Shown here: positions 52,341 to 64,000 of the stretch, in pieces
Position numbering within the stretch: the first letter of the stretch is position 1
Layout of the letters: every line of letters starts with the position of its first letter
Assembly (NCBI GenBank): GCA_964016885.1
Contig: OZ024740.1
Location: 108,934,001 to 108,998,000 of the forward strand
Direction: 5' to 3'
Source: Eledone cirrhosa
Lineage: Eukaryota
Length of the DNA: 64,000 bases
Translations under genes and position numbers: made by a program
The notes under the pieces: model-generated
Seen by the model: the letters and a program-made list of their open reading frames with translations, nothing else
Databases searched by the model: none
What the model was told of the DNA's origin: nothing

Positions 52341-54822
52341 CTGAAAGAAAGGGATGTGTTTGACACAAATGAATTGACAAGATGGCCATGAAAATAGAGA
52401 ATGAAATGAATATAGATTTATTTTATTTTTTTTAAATATTCAAGAAGAAAGATAGAGAGGATAAAATCTTCATTTTGTCTTGATGTTGAGTAATAAATTT
52501 ATTCTTTTTTAAAGGCTATTTTCTCTTCTAGAGCCGGGGTTAGCTATGCAAGCTCTCATGGGGTCCTTTTGAGGAAATATTTTTTATAGTGCTAATCCTT
52601 TAAGTTGCCTCTTACGACATGCTGGCATATAGTGTACTTATTCTAAACAGATACACATAGCTCTGTTATTTTAGTGTTTGAAATAAATTTGACCAGTAAT
52701 CTTTCTCTTTCAGATTAAACATGATAAGTCACCATTACTTTTCACATTCAAAGAACTTGAACTCAGAATGCAAAGAGCTGGAACAGATGTCAATCACAAA
52801 ACAGCTTGTTCGACATTCTAACAATTTCACTATTACACAGCTCCTGAATCTTGTACTTTATCTATCTGCTAAGGATGAAAATCAAAGTTGACATCAGTGG
52901 GATTTGAACTCAGAGCCACACAGAGCAAATACTATAAAATCCGATGATTAATGTCCAGCAGAGACATCCAGAGAATAACAGTGATGGAAGAAATTGTAGA
53001 ATGTAAGTTCTTAAATTAGGATCACGAGAACATTTTTAATAGCAAGAATATTTTAGCAATTACATCAATGAAGAGCAATTTTAGCCATACAAAACCCACC
53101 CCCAAAAAACACATACATTATTTATTTATTGGTGTCAAAATTTTCATTTCCCTGTTTGTCACTTGGTTAGTGGAACTGTGTCAGTGATAAGGTTGAAAGA
53201 GTGTGACAAAAATGTTAACACCAAAAAATATGATAAATGTAAAGTGAATTTAAGAGTTTTCATGTTCTTTCTGAATGGCTAAAATGACTTTTCCACAATG
53301 TTAATTACTTCAGTTGAAACACGTGGTCTCAGATCAAGCCACTTACCAGACAAGTACAACTGTGAAATAACATTTTAAATCGGCAAGATATTTTATTGTT
53401 TAGTATTGTTCAGAAACATGGTATAAATCTTTTTTTCAGATACATCTCCACAGCCTTAGAATTTGGAGATCAACAACATATTTATATACTCAACTGCTTA
53501 CTGCATACTCAGTGCGAACAATAAGTACAAAAAAAGTACTGTATGACCTCTGACATATTGTCAAATAACCAGGACTTTCAGATGCAATATTCAAAACAAA
53601 ATCCTTTTATAGATAATGTGGCTGACTAGATGTGGTTGATTGTTTTGTTATCTAGGTAACAAAATTAGTACTGAGGGAGGGGAGGGGGCTTGGAAGAAGT
53701 TCAGGAGATGGCTACCTCTGTTGGCTACAAAATAGGTTTCTTTCCAATCCAATGCACATTTAGATATTATAGATAGCAATAGCTAAAATAAGAATATCTC
53801 CGATTTCACATAAAGCTAAAAGACATTGTGAGTGTGTGTGGGCACGTGTGTATGTGTGAGTGGTTTTTATATACAATGTACACATATGGGACAAATGGAT
53901 GTGATCTTGGTAATATAGGGAAATTAATCAGGAAGTGCTTATGACAGTGAATTGTTGAGAGAGAAATTATAAGGTAGAGGACAGCTTGGCACAATTTACT
54001 GTATGTTGCATTAAGCAGTCATTAAAACAACTTGTTTGTGGAAGAAGAATATCAAATACACAACTATATATGAATGAAGCTTGAAAGAAGAGAAGGAAAA
54101 GAGAAGCAGCACCTTAAGTATCAAACACTGGCCAAAGAAGCAAAACATCAGGTTTAACCATCAATGTTATAACAACTTCCTGTGGGCACTCCTGTAAAGT
54201 GGTTGTTGTAAGGAAGAGCATTCAACTGTTGAAACCTTTACAAAACTGGAATGTAAGTGAAATGTGGCATTTGGTCCATTTAGGAGAATGGTAGCTCCAA
54301 TTAAGCATTGACTTTGTCTGCAAGGACCCATCCAACCCATGCCAGCATGGAAGAGCAGACATAAAATGATGATAATGATAAAAAGTGACTATTGAACTTC
54401 CTATTATAATTAAAGGTAATTATTTTGTACTGGAATATCCCCTAATCACATCCAGTAGTAGTCCCACACCTGTAGTCCATAGGACACTTGATGCTCCACA
54501 AAGGTACTACAAGGGTTCCATGAGGAAATTCATTAGAATGAAGAGGTCCTTAGTAGTGAAAAGGTTGGGTTACACTGACCCATAGGGCAGACCCATTGTT
54601 AATTAAAACAAAAGTAAATGATAATTCTTAGAAAAGGGGAAATTACAAAGTGTTTTAAGCAAATAGCTATAAAAATGGTAGAAAGTGTTTTCAAGTTGGA
54701 TTGTACAAGATTAATTTCGAAAGTGAGACATTGCCATATAATAAGATAAGATGTAATTTTTATGTGTGACTCATCATAATTATCATTTTCTAATAAAATG
54801 CACTGACAATATATTTCAATTA

Positions 54823-55748
54823 CCGTATATACTGAAATATAAGCTGAGGAATATGTAACCAAAAAAAAAAAATCAATGGTAAGTTGGGGGAGGAGTCAGC
54901 TTATATTTTGGGTCAATATTTTGACAATTTTCACCAACTTCAAATTCTACATAAATAAGGTGCTAAAGTATCTGGAGTGATTATTTTGCAATGAAACACT
55001 GTTTTTCTACATTTACTATATCATTGTGAGTTTTATTTATGCATAGCATTGAGAATATTCCTAATAAATTTTTATTATTTGAACTATTTAATACATAAAT
55101 ATCCTCTACACATATATGCACACACACACACACAGATATATGTGTGTTGACTGTTTTTCTCTGTGATTTAATTACATTTTTTCTTTCAAGCTTGTTTTGT
55201 TTTATTTCGCTCTCTCTCTCTCCCTCTGCCTCTCCTTTCACTCTCTTGCTGTTTCTTCCTGCCGGCTACTCGAATCCTTATAGTGTTCTCTTAGTTGATC
55301 CCTTTCAACTATTTCCTATTCATTCCAATCTCCTCTAGTGTTTTTAATGATTTCCATAACGATTTAAAAAAAATAATAATATCTTAAACTAAAAATATAT
55401 CTCCATTTCTTTTATATTATATTAATTCAGAAATTTCTCAAACGTGTTTATTTTCTAATTATAAAGAAATAATTTTTTTTTTAAAATGAAGGAGGGCTTG
55501 TCTATTTTCACTTGGGGGTAGAGGATTTGTGAAACAAAAACTATACTCTAAACGACACTTAAAACATTTTAAATATCAAAATATTAAAACTTCGTAAATA
55601 TTTTCTCTACTCATGAGATTTTCAAAACCGCGCCACAATCAACTATGTTGATTAGCTGCTTTAGCTTATAAATGAGGTTTGGATCTTTGCCTATTTCTCA
55701 GACATAAAATGCAATGAGGGGAGGTCAGCTTATATTCGAGTATATATG
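54823..55748. mobile_element. Non-autonomous Tc1/mariner (Tc2/pogo-like) element
   Basis: TIRs ta-ccgtatatactgaaatataagc / gcttatattcgagtatatatga-ta. Right part is paralogous to about 5480-5715. Confidence 0.6.
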
Positions 55749-57069
55749 ATAATTTTGAAAATAGTAAAAATATCGGAGGATTTAGTAATATAACTAACTT
55801 GTTCATTACTAATCTGTTGTTTAGAACAACAAAAATGTCTTACATACAACTATGATGGAAAGTTTTAATATAAATATAAGTGCTTTAAAATGGCAAGTTT
55901 GCATGACATGAGGGACAGTTTCAGGTGGGTTGGTATGAAAAGGGTTAAGACTCTACACTCAGCTCTAAATGTTGAAGTTGTGAGAGACTGCAACACGAAA
56001 AGTATGTTAATTCTTTTGTGACCATATTTCTAATGAAAAACTATTTCAATTAATTAATAAACAATTTTGAAGGATTTACTTCTTTTTTGACCACTTATTT
56101 CTGAGAGAGTCGTGGAGGCAGAGTTTATCAAACACTCCTTCCAGCAGGTCCTGTCAGATGCAACCATCTCCAGCTCATCTGGCTGGATCCCCAAGCAAGA
56201 CTAGCCAAGCTCATGGATGTTATCCAACCATCTTGCTCAGGGTCTACACCCATCGTATCGGAGCTGTGATCTTTTAATTCGGAGAAGTAGCAGCTCTACC
56301 TGGAGTGACTCTTTGATCTCCAAGCACATTAGCCAAGTTGGAAGTGGTATCATGACTGGCAGGTGTAAAATCAGTCGGCTGGAATTTGCAGACAACATGG
56401 TGTTGTTTAACTCGACAGAAGGCGATCTCCGACTTGCACTCAATAGGTTTGATACCGAATGCTGCATGGCTGGAATGAAAATCAGTGCTGTGAAAACTGA
56501 GACACTTGTCCTCGCAGTGTACCCTACATGTAAATGGAGTTCCACTGAAGCAAGTAGAGAAGTTCAAGTATCTTGAAATTTAAAATAATTATTAATTATT
56601 TAATTACTAAGATAGTAATTCAATATATGGTACTTGTATAAAATTATGTTGGAAGATTTTAATTTTAATAGTAACTTGTTCAAATGATTGGCTTTGTTTC
56701 AGAAAGCCAGAGTCAGTTTTGGATGGGTCGGCAGTGAAAGAATTAGCTAATTATTTCAAGATTTTATCTTAGCATATAACAATACATTAACTAGAATACT
56801 ATAACACATTTCTACCTGTTAAACACCTGCATATAATCATTCTTTCTTTCTAATATTGGCACAAGACCAACAATTTTGGGAGAGTGGAAATTCAATTAAA
56901 TCGCTCTCAGTGCATTACTGGTACTTTATTTTATTGACGCTGTAAGGATGAAACGCAAAGTGAATCTCGGTGGGATTTGAACCCAGAACGTAAAGAGCTG
57001 TAACTACATGATGCAAAGCATGTTGTCTGATGCTCTACTGATACAGCCAATTCACCGTCCTCAAACCTG

Positions 57070-57110
<41 letters not shown>

Positions 57111-60100
57111 TTCATATGATTTCTAAGTGCATGCAGAAGAACATATTAGTGCAACATTCAAACTTAGCAGTTTAGTAATGCTCTTGTGTATTATAAGTTT
57201 CAATAAACATTTTCATGCTTTACTAATATAAAATATTGATGACTAGGAATAATGGAGTAACTATCTATGCAGTGACCCAAGCAACCAAGTCAGCCTGAAA
57301 CTAACACTGTCATCATAATAAACAATGGAAATATTGAATAATGTAGTCAAAAACAGGATAGTCACAGTTGAAATCCTCTGCTTCGTTGGGACTGATCTGT
57401 GGCTGATCTATAACAACAACTACTATAAAGGTGTTTTGTTGGTGATCTGTTTTAAAGCTATCTACAAGCAACTTTAATAATAATGTGCCATAAACACCAT
57501 GCAATGTTCAGTAGACAAACAACTTGACTATTAGTGTTCTTCTAATGATTAAAATATTGTCTTGATTTTGTTTGTCTATATATATATATATATGAAATTT
57601 AAAATGTGTTCAAATTACCATGATGATAATAATTAAAATAACATCAACAATAATAATAAGTCAATCACTATAAATGATAGTTGAAAAAATTGTGCAACAT
57701 AGCCTTGGTATTGGAAAAAAACTCCAACGGTATATTTTATTAGGAACTGATAGTTCCCAAATCATAATTTGTTGCTAGTCTTCAAGTGATTTTATCCATG
57801 GGCCCTGAACTCCTGATGGAGCTATAGGGTGCTGTTAAAAGCCCATCCCTCTCCATGTCTAAACACAACCGATTTCTTCCAGAGAATAAGAGATAGATAG
57901 ATGGAAAGTGAGAAAGATAGAGAAAGAACCAACTTCAGTACTGGATTAGTACTTTGTTCATCAACCTTGAAAGGATGAAGAGCAAAGTTGACTTCAGCAG
58001 GATTTGAGCTGAAGAGTGCAAAGAGCTGGGATGAATACCACAACACATTCTATCTGATGCCAATTCGCTGCTTACCTTCAAGCAATTATGTAAAGTAGGA
58101 CATGGAATTTGTTATATTATGAGCATACGGTAAAAATGTTCAAATATCTGTAAGGTGGTTGGCATTTGGAAGGACTTCCAACTGTAGAAGCCATGCTAAA
58201 TATGGAACGTAATGAATAAGGTTAGATCATTATGACACATCTAGTCTTAGACCATAACAACCTGTCCAACCCATGCATACCAGCATGGAAAATGGACCTA
58301 AAGTGAAAATGATGATCAACATAGGAATTAGTTGGTTGACATAGAACAAGTATACATACTATATTGAGAATTGTGCTTTTATAAAAAATATTAATTGCAC
58401 AGGAAATAGGTTGTCTCTAATACGTGTCTTTAAAAGTGGGGAGGCAAAAAAGATATTGTACTATTTCAATTCTAGTAGATTTTTGCTTCTTTAATCAGAC
58501 ATTTTGAAGGCTCATAAATTGTGAAATAAAAACTTCGAAGAATGTCTGCAGTAGCCTGGCATTTATGAACACTCATTCAATTCATTGTCATCTTGAAATA
58601 ATATCAATAATTTCTCCCTTAAACAAGTTGATGGAAATTAGGAGCTTTTAATTAAACTTTTATTTTCTCAGTGATCTTAGGTTTAATGTTCTTTCCAAAT
58701 TAAAAGTTTCCATAAGGTGTTCATATCAATAGTAGGCCTACTGAAGAGGTTATCAGAGACAAGTATATAGCTTCATACTTGCAGTTGTTCTTTTATCTTC
58801 CAGTGTCCTTCTATATCTATTATCTTCCCATTGTTACACAAAGGTTGTTGAACCTTCTTTGCCTTCCTCAAATGAGCAGCCATACCTGATTTTTCTGTCC
58901 CCTAAAGAGTAATGATTTATGATGTTCCTCTAGCCTTATCTTATTTATTGGGGAGTGGGGAGATGAGTTTCACCTTTATATTCTCTGTCACAACTGCATA
59001 GTATGGAATACTTAATTTTTTATCATGATCTCTTCTAATGGAGACATTGTTCAGGAGAGATGTCTTCTAAGAGTAAAGCTGCTTTTTAATATTGTCATGA
59101 TGTTGTATAGACCACAGATCTGAATTTTTTCTGACAGGATTCTAATGCATTTTTTTCTAACATTTAAAAAAAAAGTATATTAATTGCTTTTTGAAGCTTG
59201 CAGGGTAGTTGTTACTTTAAAGGCTCTTTCTAACCCTGATCATTTCCTGTTGGTATGTGTTTCAGTCACCACATCACAAGTAACTAATAATTAACATGAG
59301 AATATCTTGAGTATGAGAACAATCTACCTCTCTAGCTTGCATAAAGGGTTTAGATTCTGAGAACAATACCAAATACAACAAGCAACTGAAGAAAACCAGA
59401 AAGTACACTAGCCAAAATATTGGGACTATAACAACTAAGATGAAGACATTAGTCAAAACATTTATATATTATATATATAATATATATTAATGCTAGTTCC
59501 TCATCCCAGAAATTCAAACAAAATTACATAAATACCTCATTTAAACATTTGTATGTTTTATTTATTAGTGGTCTATTCTGTTCTACAAAAATTCATTGAT
59601 TTGTATTTTCTTTTATCTTTGTGCCTCAGTTAATATTCATTTATTATCAAGAAATGGTTAGAACTGGAAACAAACTTTTCAAATGTGAATCAGTTTGTCA
59701 TTAGTTTTGCACAAGATTATCATTCTCTCTCCCTATTATTTTGCTGGTTTAATTGAGAATTTCTCAAATTATTTTAAGCCACTGCTCCCTTTTAAAGACC
59801 ATATCTCCTCAATGCCCTGCTCCACAAACATGATGTAAAGTTGATCACAAATTACACATTGAATATTAAATTTCAATAATTTTAAAAAAGATTATTTATT
59901 GAATAACTTTATCTGTTTACAGATTTACAAGCAATTACTAATTTAAATTCTTTTCTCTTTTCCTCCTTACCTAACCTTGCATTCTAACGATCCCCTACTA
60001 CTCCTGTGCTTTAACCCCCCCCCCCCCCCCTGGGGATGTTATATCATCCATTTTGGGAATCACAGATTGAATTTAACAAATAACAGTAGCAATAATTTAT

Positions 60101-60794
60101 TAAAACAATATTTTCATTAAAACAAATATAGAAAAGTTGGATTAGTTTCTGAAAAAAACATCACATTAGTATGTTATATGGAATTTAAACAAGAAATATT
60201 TTAATTGTTTAAAAAAACAACAAATAAACAAACAATTGTTAACTCTTCTTAAGTTCAGATAAATTTAAATTACTTGTAGATAACAAAATATCCTGAAAAT
60301 AGCTGTTAATATCTAATTTACAGTTTAAGTGTATGTGAATGTATTGTTCATTCATGTAAACTGTTTCAATGGTTAATGGAAATTCAATGACTGAACCATT
60401 GAAACAATTTAAGCTTAACTAACAGGTCTACATGCAATGAATAATATCTACACTGTACTTTCATTAAATATGGAGTACCAAGTTGAATAATGGTCTTACT
60501 AGTCATATAATTAGTAACATCTTTATATAGCTGTATATATATAAGTATTAGTATTAGATGGCGCTATGTCATCAGTTTCCAAAATTCATAGCTGAAGCCT
60601 TTCAAATATTTATTCATAAACATACTGTATATCGCTAGATATACAAAATACTAATACTTATATCTATACAGCTATGTTAGAGCAAACACCTAATTCTATT
60701 TTCTAGCCAAGCCAGCCAACAGCTCTATATGCAAATAAGACTAATCAGCCCATGTACATAGGTGTCAAAACTATATGTTTTCGCCTATATTGAG

Positions 60795-60894
60795 TTCCAG
60801 CAGAGAACAAGGTAAGGGAACACTGACTTGATAACGACCAGAGTCAGAAACGATGATCATCGTCGACAGTTACCCACCCTTGCTTCTGCTGGAA
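60795..60894 (+). ncRNA. Type I hammerhead-like ribozyme with U3-A8 core variant
   Basis: Long bulged stem I (TTCCAGCAGA/TCTGCTGGAA, CAAGG/CCTTG, GGG/CCC, ACTG/CAGT) enclosing TTGATAA-C GAC CAGA GTC A-GAAA-CGATG AT CATCG-TC. Confidence 0.65.
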
Positions 60895-61224
60895 TCTGGT
60901 AGATGATGCTATGACATCAGTTTCCAAAATTCATAGCTGAAGGCTTTTAAATGTTTATTCATAAACTTACCATATATCATTAGATAAACAAAATACTAAT
61001 ATATATATATATATATATAATATATATATATATACACACACACATATACATACACATATATATATATATAATGGTTTAACCATCGTCTCAGTATGTTTGG
61101 CCTTTAAACTTATGTTGTAGCTCAGGTTCACTAGCTTCTATGGAGCGCTTGCCACACATCTCGTAAGTTGTTTTTCGCTAATTTCCAATAGCCGAAATAC
61201 GATTCTCACTAATTTATATTTGTA

Positions 61225-61293
<69 letters not shown>

Positions 61294-61659
61294 TGGATGC
61301 CAACTCGTTTTCGAGTACGGCCATGTAGGAGAACCCCTACCGATGCGCTGAACAAGTGTGACTTTTTAGTCTAGCCAGCGACTTGAAAACTCTGGTACAA
61401 ACACTACACCTGTGACAATTATTGACACATAGTGCTGGGCCCATGGTACCATGTGACGACAAGTGCAGAGAGATATCCAGATATAAAGCAATGCCTGTGC
61501 CGTGAAGCTTTTATAGTGAGCAAAGGCACTGCACAAAGCCATATATATATACATATACATATATATATATATGTATATACATATATATACATATACATAT
61601 ATAAATATATACATATATAAATATATACATATATAAATATATACATAAATAAATATATA

Positions 61660-62252
61660 CATAAATGAATTGAGAGAGAGACTGAGCATAAGAGGAATCA
61701 AATGCTGCGTGCAGGAGAGGCGGTTACGCTGGTATGGACATGTGATGCGTATGAAGGATGACAGCTGCATAAAAAGGTGCAGAGCACTAGAAGTTGATGG
61801 AAACCGCGGAGTGGGGAGACCCAAGATGACTTGGGATGAGGTGATAAAAGCCGACCTTACCCAACTACACCTCTCAAAGTCAATGACACACGACCGTGAC
61901 TTCTGGCGTCACGCAGTAATACAGGGTACCCGACCTCCCATGGGTACATGCTGAAGCATATAAACAATATGCCCCCCCCCCCCCCACCGCAAGGTGGTCG
62001 TGGAGGTGCCACGGCAAAAAAGCACCCAGCCCACACTGTAAAGTGGACGTGTAGGCGCCACGAAAAAGCACCCAGCACTCACTGTAAATGGGGTTGGTGT
62101 TAGGAAGGGCATCCAGCTGTAGAAATCAAGCCAGATCAGTTCCTGTATGAGCAAGGCATGGTCAGCCGACCAGACACTGCCCACAACAGGACAACCCGTC
62201 TAACCCATGCTAGCGTGGAAGAACGGACGTAAAACGGTGATGATGATGATGA
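61660..62252 (+). mobile_element. 5'-truncated RTE copy 1
   Basis: [20 protein letters not shown]...GRPKMTWDE, 3'UTR, (GAT)n. Confidence 0.9.
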
Positions 62253-62256
62253 CATA

Positions 62257-62390
<134 letters not shown>

Positions 62391-62391
62391 C

Positions 62392-62424
<33 letters not shown>

Positions 62425-62425
62425 C

Positions 62426-62532
<107 letters not shown>

Positions 62533-62537
62533 CACAT

Positions 62538-63145
62538 AAAAGCATAAATGAATTGAGAGAGAGACTGAGCATAAGAGGAATCAAATGCTGCGTGCAGGAG
62601 AGGCGGTTACGCTGGTATGGACATGTGATGCGTATGAAGGATGACAGCTGCATAAAAAGGTGCAGAGCACTAGAAGTTGATGGAAACCGCGGAGTGGGGA
62701 GACCCAAGATGACTTGGGATGAGGTGATAAAAGCCGACCTTACCCAACTACACCTCTCAAAGTCAATGACACACGACCGTGACTTCTGGCGTCACGCAGT
62801 AATACAGGGTACCCGACCTCCCATGGGTACATGCTGAAGCATATAAACAATATGCCCCCCCCCCCCCCCCCCACCGCAAGGTGGTCGTGGAGGTGCCACG
62901 GCAAAAAAGCACCCAGCCCACACTGTAAAGTGGACGTGTAGGCGCCACGAAAAAGCACCCAGCACTCACTGTAAATGAGGTTGGTGTTAGGAAGGGCATC
63001 CAGCTGTAGAAATCAAGCCAGATCAGTTCCTGTATGAGCAAGGCATGGTCAGCCGACCAGACACTGCCCACAACAGGACAACCCGTCTAACCCATGCTAG
63101 CGTGGAAGAACGGACGTAAAACGGTGATGATGATGATGATGATGA
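62538..63145 (+). mobile_element. 5'-truncated RTE copy 2, near-identical tandem duplicate
   Basis: Identical 94-aa ORF at an offset of 883 bp. Confidence 0.9.
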
Positions 63146-63285
63146 TATATATATATACATGTAAAAGTTCTATTTAAATTGTTAGGATACAACAAGCAAA
63201 TATTTTTATAACTGATATAAAGCACTCAACAAATAATTGGAGTAAAAATACGATATTAACAAATGGAAACTATATTTATAAAACC

Positions 63286-63354
63286 ATATTTATTTCATTA
63301 TACATATTTCAAGGACACCAAGTTAAATTATGGTGTGCTTTCATCAGAAATAAA
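63286..63354 (-). ncRNA. Minimal type I hammerhead motif (inverted copy)
   Basis: Reverse complement of 63453-63515 with 1 mismatch. Confidence 0.55.
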
Positions 63355-63446
63355 GTTATAACCCCATTATCCGGGAGCTTCCAACAGTGATGGTTGAATT
63401 CTTTAAGGGTATGTCAATATTTATTTATAAAACTGTTCTATATTAT

Positions 63447-63515
63447 ATTTTATCTGATGAAAGCACACCATAATTTCACTTGGTGTCCTTGAAATATGTA
63501 TAATGAAATAAATAT
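63447..63515 (+). ncRNA. Minimal type I hammerhead motif
   Basis: ATTTTAT-CTGATGA-AAG C ACACCA(10-nt loop)TGGTGT C CTT-GAAA-TATGTA-TA-ATGAAAT. Confidence 0.6.
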
Positions 63516-63602
63516 ATACATATATATATATATATATACATACATATACATACATACATACATACATACATACATACATACATACATACATACATACATA
63601 CA

Positions 63603-63693
<91 letters not shown>

Positions 63694-63729
63694 GTATATA
63701 TATATACATATATATATATATATACATAT

Positions 63730-63928
63730 ATCATCATCATCATCATCGTTTAACGTCCATATTCCAGGCTTGCATGGGTTTGGACAGGAGTTTTCCCACT
63801 TGAGGCAAGGACTGTCTGGCGGGTTTTCTACGACTGGATGCCTTTCCTAACACTAACCACATTTACAGTGTGGAACTGGGAGGTTTTTACCGTGTTACCT
63901 ACACGGCCACATTACAGCGTGAACTGTG
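63730..63928 (-). mobile_element. 3'-terminal tip of the young RTE family
   Basis: Matches 22233-22465 with a short internal deletion. Flanked by (TA)n. Confidence 0.8.
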
Positions 63929-63937
63929 TATATATAC

Positions 63938-63994
<57 letters not shown>

Positions 63995-64000
63995 AATATG

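Overview
AT-rich, repeat-dense animal genomic DNA. The RTE LINE, SINE and (TA)n landscape suggests a cephalopod such as Octopus; this is an inference. The window is dominated by one large minus-strand, multi-exon neuroglian/L1CAM-family cell adhesion gene. I reconstructed 17 in-phase GT-AG exons covering Ig1, Ig2, Ig4-6, FnIII 1-5, the TM segment and the start of the cytoplasmic tail. Three further exons are candidates: an 87-nt N-terminal exon and two UGC-preceded microexons of 24 and 9 nt. The Ig3 exon, the signal-peptide exon and the FIGQY-tail exon are not visible. Introns hold RTE and CR1 LINEs, tRNA-derived SINEs, a nested piggyBac with related MITEs, a Tc2-like element and microsatellites. 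The least expected signal is a set of at least six type I hammerhead-ribozyme motifs, mostly beside (TA)n tracts. They include a covarying pair, one with a 115-nt stem II, one with a U3-A8 core variant inside a retrozyme-like direct repeat, and an inverted pair. A palindrome that appears to be hammerhead-derived is also present.
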